This document shows, piece after piece, positions 20,945 through 34,200 of a stretch of 64,000 nt of DNA. This DNA comes from Scyliorhinus canicula (Eukaryota), in assembly GCF_902713615.1 (NCBI RefSeq), contig NC_052162.1:122439727-122503726 (forward strand), read 5' to 3'. Below the pieces are notes generated by a model. That model saw only the letters and a list, made by a program, of their open reading frames with translations, ran no database searches and was not told where the DNA came from. A program made the position numbers and the translations under genes. Position 1 is the stretch's first letter. Every line of letters begins with the position of its first letter.

Positions 20945-23400
20945 AAATTCTCAATGAGTGGTAACGAGGGTAAAGGGACCTGAGTATAAATGGACCCGGG
21001 CGGCCTGTCAATAAGTCACTGAAGGCTAACATACAGGTGCAGCAAGTTATTAGGGAGGCGAATGGGATGTTGGCCTTTACCACAAGAGGATTTAAGTACA
21101 GGAGTAGTGAAGACTTGCTTCAATAGGTAGAACCTTGGTTAGACCACAGCTGGAGTACTGTGCGCAGTTTTCCTCCCCTTACCTTGGGAAAGGTATTATT
21201 GCCACAGAGGGAGGGTAATGAAGGTTCACCAGACTTGTTCCGGTGATGGGAAGACTGTCTTATGAAGCGAGATTGAGGAAACTGGGTCTCTTTTCTCCAG
21301 AGTTTTGTAGAATGAGAGGTGATCTTACTGAAACTTATAAAATACCTAAAGGAATAGACAGAGTAGGTGTAGGTGAGATATTTCCCCTGGTTGCACAGTC
21401 TGGAATCGAGTACCGGTCTCGGAGGAGACATTTCTTTACTCAGAGGGTTGTGAATCTTTGGAATTCTCTACCAGAGGGCTGTGGGAGCTCAGTCATTGAG
21501 TGTGTTTAAAGCAGAGACTGACAGATTTCTAAATCCCAATAACATAAAGGGATATGGGGATAGTGTAGGGAAAAAGAAATTGAAGTGGATGATGAGCCCT
21601 GATTGTATTGAATGGTGGAACAGGCTCGATGGGCTGAATGGCCAACTCCTGCTCCTATGTTCCAATGATACAAAGATAAGCAGGAAAGTAAATTGTGAAG
21701 AGGACATAAGGAGGTTAAAAAGGTAGATGTTAAATGAGTGGAATAAGATCTGTCAAACGGAGAATAATGTGGGAAAATGTGTGATTGTCCATGTTGGCCA
21801 GAAAAATAAAAAAGCTGATTATCTAAATGGTGAGAGATTGCAGAGCTCTGAGACTCAGAGGGATCTGGGTGTCCAAGAGCATGAATCACAAAAGGCGAGT
21901 ATACAGGTACAGCAAGTAATTAGGAAAGCTAATAGAATGTTATTGTTTATTGTGAGGGGAATTGAATACAAAAGTAGGGAGGTTATGCTTCAGTTATACA
22001 GGACATTGGTGAGACCACATCTGGAGCACTGTGTACAGTATTGCTCTCATTTAAGGAATGATGTCAATGTGTTGGAAGCAGTTCAGAGAAGGTTTACTGG
22101 ACTCATACCTGGAATTGGAGGCTGGTCTTATGAGGAATGATTGGACAGGCTGGGCTTGTGTCCGATGGAGTTTAGGTGACTTGATTGAACCGCATGAGAT
22201 CCTGAGGGGCCTTTACAGGGTGGATGTGGAAAGGATGTTTCCTCTTGTGGGAGAATCTAGAAATTGGAGTCACTTTTAAAATAATATCTTGCACACTTAA
22301 GGCAGAGGAGAACTTTTTTTTCAGAGGGTCGTGAGTCTTTGGGACTCTCTACTTCAAAGGGCAGTGGAAGCAGAGTCTTTGAATGTTTTGAATGCAGAGT
22401 TGGATAGATTCTTGATAGGCAAGGGGGTGAAAGTTTATCAGGGAGGTCGGCGAGAATGTGGAGCTGAGGTTACAATCAGATCAGCCGAAAACTTATTGAA
22501 GGATGGGCCGAGTGGCCTACTCCTGCTCCTAATTCATATGTTGTCACATCCTTTATAATAGATTGTAGCATTTTCCCTCCTACTGATGTGAGGCTTATTT
22601 GTCTGTGGTTCCCTGTTTTCTCTCTCCCTCCTTAAATAGTGGGGTTACATGTACCACCTTCCAATCTGCAGGAACCATTCCAGAATCTATAGAATTTTGA
22701 AAGATGATCACCAATGTATCCACTATCTCTCCAGTCACCTCTTTCAACACTCTGGGATGTAGAGCATCAAGTTTTGGGGGTTTATTAACTTTAAACCACT
22801 GGATTAAGGGGTTAGAGTGGAGATGTGGGCTTAAGTAGGGTGCTCTTTCCAAGGGCTGGTACAGACTAAATCAGCCGAATGGCCTCCTTCTGCACTGTGA
22901 ATTCTATGAGAATTTCTCCAGTGCTATTTTTTCACTAATATTAATCTCTTTCAGGCCCTCGTGCTCACTGGTCCCTTGGTTGTCTTGGGTTTTTGAGAGA
23001 ATTTCTGTATTGTCCTCTGCGAAGATAGACACACATTGTTTAGTTTCTCTGCCATTTCCTTATTCCCCATTATAAACTCTCCTGTCTCTGCCTGGAATGG
23101 ACCCACATTAGTCGTTATTAATCTTTTCCTTTTCACATTCCGATAGGAGCTTTTCCAGTCGGTTTTTATTTTTCTCGCCAGTTTGCTCTCAAATTCTATT
23201 TTCTGTTTATCAGTTTCTTGCTCCTCCTTTGCTGAATTCTAAAACAAGTTTCCAATCCTCAGACTTACAGCCATTTGGGCCACTTTATGAGCCTCTTCCT
23301 TTGATCTAATGGAATCTGTAACTTTTCTTGTTCGCCATGGTTGCATAAATTTTCCTTTTGGAATTTTTGTTCCTTAAAACAATCTATATTTAATGTCAAC
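20945..23400. mobile_element. CR1/HER1 fragments; mirror image of 14860-17130
   Basis: same fragments in the same order, reverse-complemented; includes an HE1 3' part at ~22805-22908. Confidence 0.85.
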
Positions 23401-23832
23401 AAGTAATATAAATGCTGCCGATTTCCTATCCACCATCGTGTCTTTTATTGTAATTTCCCAGTCTCCCACAGACAACTTGCCCTCAGCTTGACAGTTTTCT
23501 TTTTTGAGAAACACTGGGATAAATTAAACAAAGAACTATGTAATCACCATTGTCCATCTCTATGGTACGAGCATAATTTTGGGGGTTCAAAAAAGAAATG
23601 TGAAGTAAATATATTCTTACTTCCAAACACCCGTTCACCGCGTGATCCTTGTGAAATTTGAAAACAAGTTTTCACAACAAGGCTCAAAGAGCATCAGCCC
23701 ACTGACGGTCCGGAATGCACTGCCTCTTCCTTCAATCTAATGGAACCGTTAATTTACCTTGTTCGCCACGGTTCCATCACTTCTTCTGATGGATTTTTGA
23801 TCCTTAAAGAAATCTATATTTGTTGTATATAT

Positions 23833-24052
23833 GTGAAATGAAAGTCTCCAAAATCCCAGAAGACCATAGGTTGCTCTCCCCTTTGACAGAGGGAGCTGAC
23901 TGGTGGTGATTTAACTGTGGGTCAATGCACCTCAGGCGAGGGGCAATGTTGAGAAGCTGGACCCTTCACGGATAACCTCAGCCAGTATTGGAAATGAAAT
24001 TGTGCTGTTGGCCTCTTCGCATCATGAACTAGCCAACTGAGTTAACTGACCC
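23833..24052 (-). mobile_element. SINE family C
   Basis: homologous to the split SINE at 13283-14770, at the equivalent position 3' of a ZNF gene. Confidence 0.7.
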
Positions 24053-24280
24053 ACTGGTAGATATAAATTTCTTTAAATATTAGCTATTGCCTGTGTCCCA
24101 TCACACCATTTAATGTGGTTTCCCAGTCCACCTCAAACAACATATCCCCCATACCCTGATAGTTTTCTTCTGCGAGAAACACCCAGATATATTAAACAAA
24201 AGAACCATATACCACCATAGCCCATCTTCATGACAGTGTGGCATGCTTTCGGAGGTTCCAAACAGAAATGCAAACTAAAA

Positions 24281-24504
24281 GGGCAGCATGGTGGCCTAGT
24301 GGTTAGCACAACCGCCTCACGGTGCTGAGGTCCCAGGTTCGATCCCGACTCTGGGTCACTGTCCGTGTGGAGTTTGCACATTCTCCCCGTGTCTGTGTGG
24401 GTTTCGCCCCCACAACCCAAAAATGTGCAGAGTAGGTGGATTGGCCATGCTAAATTGCCCCTTAATAGAAAAAATAATTGGGTAATCTAAATTTATAAAA
24501 AAAA
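24281..24504 (+). mobile_element. HE1-body SINE with poly(A) tail and long TSD
   Basis: 16-bp TSD agaaatgcaaactaaa at 24264-24279 and 24505-24520. Confidence 0.9.
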
Positions 24505-24752
24505 AGAAATGCAAACTAAATACCTTCTGACTTCCAAACATCCTTTCAATCTGTTCTTTGTGAAATTTGGCCAGGTATTCACAACAAGGCTCAAAGAGAA
24601 TCAGCCCACTGGAAGTAAAGTTATTAGTCCAGACAGTCGAGCAGAAAGAAACCCTCCAACCATCGCTATTGACAATATGCCAGAATTAACAAAATGCCAT
24701 CCTTGATGTAATTGAGAGCAGGATTAACAACAGCAGAATCCAATTTCTGTAA

Positions 24753-25511
24753 TCACTTGTGGACTTGTTGGTGCCTCCGCAGGTGGGATGGATCACTGAA
24801 TGCCTTGTCACAGTGAGAGCAGGTAAATGGCCTCTCCCCGGTGTGAACTCGTAAGTGTGTCTGCAGGGTTGATGAATCACTGAATCCTTTCCCACACTGA
24901 GGGCAGATGAATGGCCTCTCCCCAGTGTGAACTCGCTGATGTGTCCGCAGGGTGGATGAATCAATGAATCTCTTCCCACACTGAGAGCAGGTAAATGGCC
25001 TCTCCACAGTGTGAACTCGCTGGTGTACCCGCCTGTTGGATACGTGAGTGAATCCTTTCCCACACTGAGGGCAGATCAATGGCTTTTCCCCTGTGTGAGC
25101 TCGATGATGTATTCGCAGGGTGGATGAATCACTGAACCCCTTCCCACACTGGGAGCACATGAAAGGCTTCTCACCAGTGTGAATACGTTGATGTACCCGT
25201 AGGTTTGATAAGTGAGAGAATGCCTTTGCACACTGAGAGCAGGTGAATGGCCTCTCCTGTGTGTGTACTCGCTGGTGTGACTGCAGGTGCGAGGACTGAG
25301 TGAATCCCTTCCCACACTGAGAGCAGGTGAATGGCCTCTGCCCAGTGTGAACTCGCTGGTGTGTCTGCAGGTGGGAGAACTGCATGAATCCATTCCCACA
25401 CTGAGGGCAGGTGAACGGCCTCTCCCCAGTGTGAATGCGTCGATGAGCTTCCAACTCTGATGGGGCTTTGTATCCCTTCCCACAGTCTCCACATTTCCAC
25501 GGTTTCTCCAT
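24753..25511 (-). CDS. C2H2 zinc-finger protein, 9 fingers
   Basis: ATG at 25511 ([14 protein letters not shown]), ends HQQVHK*; upstream intron 25833-26895 has GT..AG ends. Confidence 0.9.
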   Translation of the reverse strand: MEKPWKCGDCGKGYKAPSELEAHRRIHTGERPFTCPQCGNGFMQFSHLQTHQRVHTGQRPFTCSQCGKGFTQSSHLQSHQRVHTQERPFTCSQCAKAFSHLSNLRVHQRIHTGEKPFMCSQCGKGFSDSSTLRIHHRAHTGEKPLICPQCGKGFTHVSNRRVHQRVHTVERPFTCSQCGKRFIDSSTLRTHQRVHTGERPFICPQCGKGFSDSSTLQTHLRVHTGERPFTCSHCDKAFSDPSHLRRHQQVHK

Positions 25512-26619
25512 GGTTTGTGCCTCGTTCACACAGAGAAAAAGGGTAGGGTCTCTCCCTGCTGTGAATGGTGTGCTATTTATTCAGACTGTGTAACTGGTTA
25601 AAGCTCTTTCCACAGTCAGTGCTCTGGAACGCTCTCACTCGGATGTGTGTGTCTCGGTGCTTTTCAAGTCACATTGAAGTTTAAAATATTTTGAAGCCGA
25701 CAGATCAGGCAAAGATTTCTCCTTCCACATTCAAAGGCTGATAATATTCAGGTCCCAAGGAATTGAGAGACTCTGTCAAATGTAGAGATTTGGTTTGAGA
25801 TTTTTGTGTGTATTTCCTCCCCTTCCAATGTCCTGTAAAAACAAATTACAAAAGACATCTGTCAATACAGGACAGAAACTCTGAACAGACAATTCTACTT
25901 TCACTGGAACATTCTTTCCTCATCCGTTCCCCAAATACCATCTCCATCCCACACACTCTCCCTCCATTCTCACTCTGCTGTATCTAATATTCACCCTCCC
26001 AATTCTCCTGAAGGTTCTGATTCAGGCCATTTGACAGATCCAAGGTTGCCGCTTCCTCTGCAGGACACTGGGACCATAAAAAGTAGCAGCTGCAGCCAGC
26101 CATTTGGCCCATCAAGCTAGCTCAACCATTTGATGAGATCATTGGCCAATCTACCTCAGCACCATTTCCCCCCACTATCCCCCATATTACTTTATATATT
26201 CAACATCTAGAAACCTTTCAATTTCTTGAAAATACTTGACGACTGAGGATCAATAGCTCTCCAGAGAGAGAATTCCAAAGCTTCACCAAATCCTCAAATG
26301 AGGAAATCCCTCACCTCAGCACTCTCTCCATTTTCCTGCCTGTTATCCATAACTCTTGACTGCCTCGTCAATCAGAAATCTGTCAAACACATTGTTGAAA
26401 ATATTCAATGACCTCAGACAACACTGGACCCTTTGGAAGAGAAATCCAGAGACTATCAGCCCTCTGAGGGAAGAGATGACTGCAATATATAATGTAGCTG
26501 CAGTACACCAAAGCAAGATTAGAAGTAATAATATACATATATTATGTATGGTTCTGTAATAAAGTATCTAATTTGTACCATGCAACGACACGAGATATAT
26601 CTCTGTCTGACATTAATTT

Positions 26620-27385
26620 ACTGTCCCCTTAAATGTCAGCCATCTCCTGGGGAAACCTGCCCTTTAATTGTGAACATTAGGATAGAGACCATCCTTTTAG
26701 CCAGACAAATAAATGTGTCAAGCTGAGGGAGCAAAGGATGCCAATGTCTTTAAGAGAGAGACCTGGGCCAAGCTTTCCAGAGTCTGCACCCTCCCTGGAT
26801 TCATTTCCTTTCCCTTCAGTTGCTGCAAGTGACCAATTGAAGGTCAGAATGAGAAAAGAAATGGAAAGGTGGAGAAAAGAAAGTGTTTTACTCACAGATG
26901 TTGAAGACAGGAGGACGTTTCAGTCTGTGTGAAGCTCAATGGACATTCACACAAAGCTCGCACAGGAACAGTGAGCGGCCTCTACCCCGCACATGCGCAA
27001 CTTCCCCTCACACTTGAACATGCGCAGTCCCGGTGAGAGGGGGAGGTCCCGGCTGCTCATCGCTCTGGCCGGAGCAGCCGCTTGCCTGGAAACCGTCTCG
27101 TGGAGTTGCAGGGGAGGGGGAAGAATGGGTGGGGGCGGGGCTCCAGTGTCCACGCGCCGGACCTGCGCACTGGAACCCCGGGACGTCACTGCGGAGCAGA
27201 GTGATTCCTCTTGGCAGCTTCAGGCAGGGTTCCATTTCAACGTCACAATGCAAAAGTTGGACTAAAGCGACCCCATCTGGGCAACATCTGGGAGGAAATC
27301 CATGTTTCCCCCTTTCCATTTCTTTCCTCATTCTGGGGGAACATTGGTGACTTTCAGCAACTGAAGGAAAGGAAGTAAATCCAGT
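26620..27385. promoter_or_regulatory. ZNF promoter cassette (left arm with donor, partial right arm)
   Basis: donor at 26895 (-); catgcgca twice, GC box gggcggg, gacgtcac; right arm ~27305-27385 is a reverse complement of the left arm. Confidence 0.7.
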
Positions 27386-27827
27386 CTGTATGGAAGCAGT
27401 GAGCATGGATCTGTCAATCAGTCTGAATCAGCACCTTCAGGAGAATTGGGAGGGTGAATATTAGATACAGCAGAGTGAGAATGGAGGGAGAATGTGTGGG
27501 ATGGAGATTTACACCTTTTGGGGAGTGAGAGAGGAAAAATGTTCCATAGAAATTAGAATTGTCCCGGTACTGACAGTGATAACTTTTTAAAACTCAGTTC
27601 TATTGTATTTAAAGAGATGGGTTTCTGTTTCGCTCTGAGTGACCAATATAACAATTGGTGGGGGCCCATTGACCAGTCAGTCCTCCAGCACCTTCCTGTC
27701 TCTCTATTAGTGCAAAGCAGTTTCCCAACTGGGGTGCAGGTCCACTTAGTCTCAGCCAAATTCAGGCCTCAGCTCCGTCGCCTGGTTGTCATTGACACGA
27801 GCAATAGAGGCAAAAAGATGCCCGAGA

Positions 27828-28065
27828 GGCGGCACGGTGGTGCAGTGGTTAGCACTGCTTCCTCATGGCACCAAGGCCCCAGGTTCGATCCCGACCCCAA
27901 GTTGCTGCCCGTGTGGAGTTTGCACATTCTCCCCGTATCTGCGTGGGTCTCACCCCCACAATGTGCTGGCTACGTGGATTGACCCTTAATTGAAAAAAAT
28001 TGAAATGCTAAATTGACCCTTAATTGAAAAAAATTATTGGGTCCTCTAAATTTATTTAAAAGAAA
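27828..28065 (+). mobile_element. HE1-body SINE with A-rich tail
   Basis: ggcggcacggtggtgcagtggttagc head and ctaaatttatttaaaa tail. Confidence 0.75.
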
Positions 28066-28249
28066 GAAAAGTGCCCAAGGCTCACATGAGAAGTCGAAAC
28101 TTATGGCTCTAAACCAACACTTCGACATTTGTCAGTCATATCCATGTTATTTATACTGGGGGTTTTATTATTAGATTTAAGCACTGGAGGGAAAGGGTGG
28201 GAGATTTAAAGGGTAACTTTCCCTTTCTAACTTTGTATTATCTATAGTG

Positions 28250-28680
28250 TCAGCCGTGGCTCAGTTGGCAGCTCTCTCACCTGTCAGAAGGTTGTGGGAT
28301 CAAATCCCAGTCTAGAGAACTGAGAGCAATGCTCGTCCCAGCACTGAGGGAGTGCTGCACTGTCAGAACATCCTTCTTTGAAATAAGATGTTAAACTGAG
28401 GCCCTATCTGCCCCTCTCAGGTGAATGTAAAAGTTCCCACCGCCACTATTTTGAAGAAGAGCAGGGGAGTTATCCCCAGTGTCCTGGTCAATATTTATCC
28501 CTCAATCAACATCACTAAAAACAGATCATCTGCTCATTATCACATTGCTGTGTGTGGGATCTTGCTGTGTGTAAATTGGCTGCTGCATTTCCTACATTAC
28601 AACAGTGACTACACTTCATTGGGTTCAAAGCACTTTGGGACATCCTGTGGTTGTGAAAGTTGCTATAGAAATTAAAGCTT
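28250..28680 (+). mobile_element. Deu-domain SINE (SacSINE1-like)
   Basis: paralogue of 18690-19137 within a duplicated block. Confidence 0.75.
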
Positions 28681-28977
28681 TTAAATTGACGATTTGTGTT
28701 ATCTGGAACTTAATTGATTTCAGCCACCCCCAACTTACCATTTAATAAATTCACTCTGTTTCAGACAGACTACCAGCCTCCCCAAACAGGCGCCGGAATG
28801 TGGCAACTTGGGGCTTTTCACAATAACTTCATTTGAAGCCTACTTGTGACAATAAGCGATTTTCATTTCATTTCACTACCAATTAAGACAAAGGCAGAAT
28901 TCACTGGATAATAAATGTAAAAAGAAGTTTATTTAAAAAAAACTGTCAGCTAAACAACTTTAAACATTGACTTTCAC

Positions 28978-31330
28978 TGCTATGTTCTGCACAAAAGAAT
29001 GTGAAGCTGTAGCCTGTGGGGTTGAATGGAAATACATCAGGTTTATTGAAGAGCTGTTAACTCGACAAAGGTTTGATCTAGACGGAGGCAAAGTCTGTGA
29101 AGCAGCCACTGATGTCACAAACTATACCTGTGACTCTTAAAGTGGCCACGTAACAACATAACAACAACCCCAAATATATAGCATCTCTTCCCCCTTTACC
29201 TCTAAGATCCCATAACAACAATCAACCACAGTACCATAGAAAGCATTCCTTCTGGTTGTATCACAGCTTGATATGGATCCTGCTCTGCCCAAGACCGCAG
29301 GAAATTACAAAAGGTTGTGAATGACGCCCAATCCATCACGCACAACAGCCTCTCATCCATTGACTCTGTCTACAATTCCTGCTGTCTCGGAAAGGCAGCC
29401 CGCATAATTAAGGACCAGACACACCGGACATACTCTCTTCCACCTCCTTCCGTCAGGAAAAAGATACCAAAGTTTGAGCTCAAGTACCAACTGACTCAAG
29501 AACAGCTTCTTCCCTACTGCCATCAGACTTTTGAATGGACTTACCTCGTATTAAGTTGATCTTTTCTCTAGATCTTGCTGTAACGTAACATTATATTCTG
29601 CAGTCTCTCCTTCCTTCCCTATTTACGGTATGCATTGTTTGCACAGCATGCAAGAAACAATACTTTTCACTGAATCCTAATACATTTGACAATAATAAAT
29701 CAAATCAAAAAAAGTACATTTACATCATCATCAAAACATATACACAAGGGCGGGCAATGAATTATTACACAGTAATTATACAGTCAATAGGAAAGACAAT
29801 CTGGCGGGTGTCTATTCTGCACTGGTTGCCGGCTCACTTAAGGGATTTGGTTCTTCTTGCCCTTGGATGTCCTCCCGGGTCTTCAGAAGATGTCTCTCCC
29901 CTGGAAGGTGTTATAGTCTCTTTTGCAGACAGAAGATTAGGAGCAGCATGGGGTTCTTCAGAAATCTCAGTTTCTGCGGATTGATCAGAAGTTGCAGACA
30001 CATGATTGGGTAGTATGGATGGCGGTTCATCCTGAGGTAGTTCTAGCACACACGGTACTGGCACATTGATGGGTGTCACTAACAACTGATCTGTGTCGTC
30101 TCCACACTCGCTCATCTTCAGTTTGCACAGTGTAGGAAACAGGGCCAGTTTCAGGCAACACAGTTACAGGGACCCTCTTCTCGCTGGTGGTGCAGCTGCA
30201 TACCAAAACCTGCTCTCCTTGTCCAAAAAAGCATCTTTTGGGATTCCCTTCTCTTCAGGTTTGTGACTGCTGATTGTGGTACACTATCTCAGACGTCTCC
30301 GGGCGAAATGTTGATCAGATGTCGTTCTCAGCTTCCTCTTCAATAGTAGTAAAGCTGGGGAACTCTGTCTGGTCGTGTGTGTGGTGTTGCGAGACGTCGC
30401 CAAGAAACTGTTTAGTCGGCAATTTAATGAACCTTGGTCCTTGAAGGCTTTCCGAGCATCTTCAAGGACTGGACAAACCTTTCAGCTGAACCATTTGTGG
30501 ATGGGTGGTAAGGCGCTGATTTTATGTGTTGGATACCACTCATCTTTAGATAGTTCTCAAACTCCTGAGCTGTGAATTGTGGACCGTTATCACTTACAAT
30601 TTGTTCTGGTTTCCCAAATCTGGCGGCAAAATCACATCGAGATTTTCGATGGTTTGTTCTGCAGTTGTTGATTTCATTAGGACCACCTCAGGCTATTTGG
30701 AGTGTGTATCTGTGACAATCATCAATATGTGCCCCTCATGTGGCCCTGCAAATTCAATGTGTAACACCATGGTTGAAGTCTCCCTGCTGCCAATGAAGGA
30801 AACCTTCTGTGGCCCAAAATAATTAAGGGCCTATGTGCCGTTAGCAATATGAAGTGATGACCACAGAGATATTGGTGAACTCTCGCACCATAAATAATAC
30901 TCAGTGCTCTTTCTCCAACTGGATGTAATCTGATTCAGCATTTGTTAAGGTCTGTGACGAAAGCTATTGGTCTTTCTTCCCCTGAAGGTGGTATGTGTGA
31001 CACCACCATCCCAACACTGTACGGCGAGACATCATTGGTAAGTTGTGATGGTAACTTTGGGTTGAAATGGACCAACACTCCTGAATTCTTCAGTGTTTCT
31101 TTAACTGACTGATGTGCTTTTTCACACTCTGGTGTCAATTGCTCGGCTTGTTTTATGCACAACAAATTAGGTCATGGTTTAAGCAGGGTTTTGAATCAAA
31201 TTTCTCATATTGGTTAATTAACCTGAGGAATGATCTTAACTGTGTTACATTCATTGGTCATGGATCCTCCATGATAGCCTCCATCTTCTTAGCTGCCTTC
31301 TGTTAGAATGGTGAGCAAATGTAGAGATTC
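28978..31330 (-). mobile_element. Gypsy/Ty3 LTR retrotransposon 3' part (RNase H, integrase, PPT, 3' LTR), decayed
   Basis: LVHFNPKLP..DVSPYSVGMVVSH..EERPIAF; integrase IVSDNGPQF..SAPYHPSTNG; polypurine tract next to a 206-bp LTR (28978-29183) with TGCTAT..ATAGCA ends. Confidence 0.85.
29228..29710 (+). mobile_element. Rex1/Babar LINE 3' end, inserted in the Gypsy element
   Basis: TIESI..CITA..RRKLQKVVNDAQSIT..KAARIIKD..LKNSFFPTAIRLLN; tail ttttcactg..tgacaataataaatcaaatcaaa. Confidence 0.8.
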
Positions 31331-31332
31331 AG

Positions 31333-32805
31333 CCCCGTCCGCCTTCAGCCCCTTCAGGTGCGTAAACACCCGGGTCCGTTTGACCGGCCCATTCAGCCCC
31401 CTCACATTCCAAGTTATCAGCCGGATCAGAGGGCTCCCTGCCCCCCTCCCCTGCCGACTAGCTATAACCCGTCCCCTGCCCGCCCCAGGCCAGCGCCCCT
31501 CGCTCGGCCCGTTCCCCACGGGGGCAAACCCCCACCCCGGCCCCCCCTGCAGACTCCAGCACCTTCCTGGCCATTTCAGCAGCAACCCGGTACCCCGCCC
31601 CCCTCGCTCAGCCCGTTCCCCACGACCCCGCCCCCATCCACTCTCAGCGCGGGAAACAGAAGAAAAGCCGGCGCTTTCCCTCTGCCCGACCCCGCAAACA
31701 AAAGACAGCATCCCACCCATCCTAGAAACAACACACAACCAGCTTAAAACAGCATGAAACAGCATAAAACAGAGACCCTTCCCACCAAAAGTTAACACAG
31801 TTATTTACAAACACCCAACCCTCAGTCAGAGTCCAACTTCTCGGCCCACACAAAGGCCCACGCCTCCTCCAGGGACTCAAAATAAAAGTGCCGTCCTTGT
31901 AGGTGATCCACAGATGGCTGTAACATGCCAAACTTCACACTCTTTCTGTGGAGCACCGCCTTTGTCCGGTTGTACCCGGCCCTCCACTTGGCCAACTCCG
32001 CACTCCAGTTCTGGTAGATCCGCACTACCGTGTTCTCCCACTTGCTGCTCCGCTCCTTCTTGGCCCACCTATGCACGCAATCTCGGTCAACGAACCAGTG
32101 GAACCGCACCAGCACCGCCCGTGGCAGCTCATTCGGTTTGGGCCTCCTGGCCAGTATTCTGTGGGCCGCCTCTAGCTCCAGGGACCCCCGGAAGGACCCA
32201 GCTCCCATTAGCGAATTCAACAAAACGACCACATAGGCCCCCAGGTCTGACCCCTCCAGCCCCTCCGTGAGGCCCAGGATCCGCAAATTTTTCCGCCTCG
32301 ACCGGTTCTCCATCTCCTCGAACCACTCCTGCCACTTCTTATGGAGCTTCTCATGCATCTCCACCTTTACCGCGAGAGCCGCGGCCTCATCCTCCCTTTC
32401 GGAGGCTTGTTGTCGGAGCTCCCGGATCTGCACCCCCTGGGCTGTCTGTGTCGCCAGCAGCTTGTCCGTATTCGCCTTCAGCGAGTCCAGCAGCTCCATT
32501 TTTAGCTCCCGAAAACAGCGCTGGAGAGTCTCCTGCTGCACCTGCGCCCACTGCCTCCATTCCTCGAGGCCTCCGCCATCTTGATTTTCTTCCCCCGCTT
32601 TTTCTTAGGCACTGCCACCGCTATTTTGCTGGCCCCACTCCTGGTCCAGACCATAGACCACTGGGGATCTGCTGCAGACACCTTCCCACGTCGGGAACCG
32701 TCGAGCAAGTACCGCTGGGGGCCCTTAAAAGAGCCCAAAAGTCCGCTCCTGGCAGGAGCTGCCGAACGTGCGGCTTAGCTCTGCATAGCCGCAAACGGAA
32801 GTCCG
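31333..32805 (-). mobile_element. L1 LINE 5' portion: 5' UTR, frameshifted ORF1, start of ORF2 endonuclease
   Basis: starts GGACTTCCG; ORF1 MENRSRRKNLRILGLTEG (31822-32541); ORF2 RLITWNVRGLNGPVKR. Confidence 0.9.
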
Positions 32806-32998
32806 GCTGCTCTCCCCTTTGACAGAGAGAGAGCTGACTGGAGGTGATTTAACCCGAGGGTCAGCACTCCTCAACGCAAGGGGTCTGGTTGAAAAGTTTA
32901 TTCATGAATAAAGTCAGCCAGTACGGGAGTTGAATCCTCACTGTTGGCTTTGCTCTGCATCACCAACCAGCCATCCAGCTAACTGAGCTGACCAACCC
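32806..32998 (-). mobile_element. SINE family C, interrupted by L1
   Basis: homologous to 23833-24052. Confidence 0.7.
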
Positions 32999-33465
32999 CT
33001 GATAAATATGTAATAATTCCTTAAATATTAGGTATTCCCTGTACCAATCAGTTTCCCAGTCCACCTCAGACAACTTGTCCCTCATACCCTGATAGTTTTC
33101 TTCTATGAGGAACACCCAGATAAATTATACAAAAGAACCATGTAACCACCAGGGCTCATCTCCATGGCAACATGGCACGCTTTGTGGGGTTCCAAACAGA
33201 AATGAAAACTAAATATCTTCAAACTTCCAAACGCCCTTTCACTCGGAGATCCTTGTGCAATTTGAAGCCAGGTATTAGCAACAAGGCTCAAAGAGCTACA
33301 GCCCACTAGAGGCAAAGTGGTGAGACCGGCCAGTCCAGCAGAAAGAAACCCTCCGACCCTCCCCACTGACCACCTGTCAGAATGAACAAAATGCAGTCCT
33401 GGGTGTAGAGCAGAAACAATAACAGCAGAATCCAACCCCTGTAATCGATTGTAAAATTGTTGGTG

Positions 33466-34200
33466 TCACAGCAGGTGCGATGAAATATGTAATCCTGTCT
33501 CACATGGAGAGGTGGATGGCGTCTCCCTAGTGTGAACTCGCTGGTGTCTCCGCAGGGTGGATAAACGAGTAAATCCTTCCCCACACTGAGAGCAGATCAA
33601 TGGCCTCTCCCCAGTGTGAACGCGCTGGTGTGTCCGCAGGTGAGATAATTGAGTGAATCCCTTCCCACACTGAGGGCAGGTGAATGGTCTCTCCCCAGTG
33701 TGAATTCGCTGGTGTCTTCGCAGGTTGGATACTTCAGCAAATCCTTTCCCACATTGAGAGCAGGTGAACGGCCTCTCCCCAGTGTGAACGCGCTGGTGTG
33801 ACTGCAGGTTGAATACTCGAGTAAATCCTTTCCCACACTGAGAGCAGGTGAATGGCCTCTCTCCAGTGTGAACTCGCAGGTGTCTCTGCAGGTGATATAA
33901 TTGAATAAATCCTTTCTCACACTGGGAGCAGGTGAATGGCTTCTCCCCTGTGTGAACTCGCTGATGTGTCTGCAGGGTGGATAACCGAGCGAATCCCTTC
34001 CCACACTGAGAGCAGGTGAGTGGCCTCTCCCCAGTGTGAACTCGCTGGTGTGTCTGCAGACTGGAGAACTGAGTAAATCCCTTCCCACACTTTGAGCAGG
34101 TGAATGGCCTCTCCCCGGTGTGACTGCGTTGATGAATTTCCAGCTGAGATGGGACTCTGAATCCCTTCCCACAATCCCCACATTTCCACGGTTTCTCCAT
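33466..34200 (-). CDS. C2H2 zinc-finger protein, 8 fingers plus a degenerate 9th
   Basis: [14 protein letters not shown] start; acceptor at ~34782. Confidence 0.9.
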   Translation of the reverse strand: MEKPWKCGDCGKGFRVPSQLEIHQRSHTGERPFTCSKCGKGFTQFSSLQTHQRVHTGERPLTCSQCGKGFARLSTLQTHQRVHTGEKPFTCSQCEKGFIQLYHLQRHLRVHTGERPFTCSQCGKGFTRVFNLQSHQRVHTGERPFTCSQCGKGFAEVSNLRRHQRIHTGERPFTCPQCGKGFTQLSHLRTHQRVHTGERPLICSQCGEGFTRLSTLRRHQRVHTRETPSTSPCETGLHISSHLL

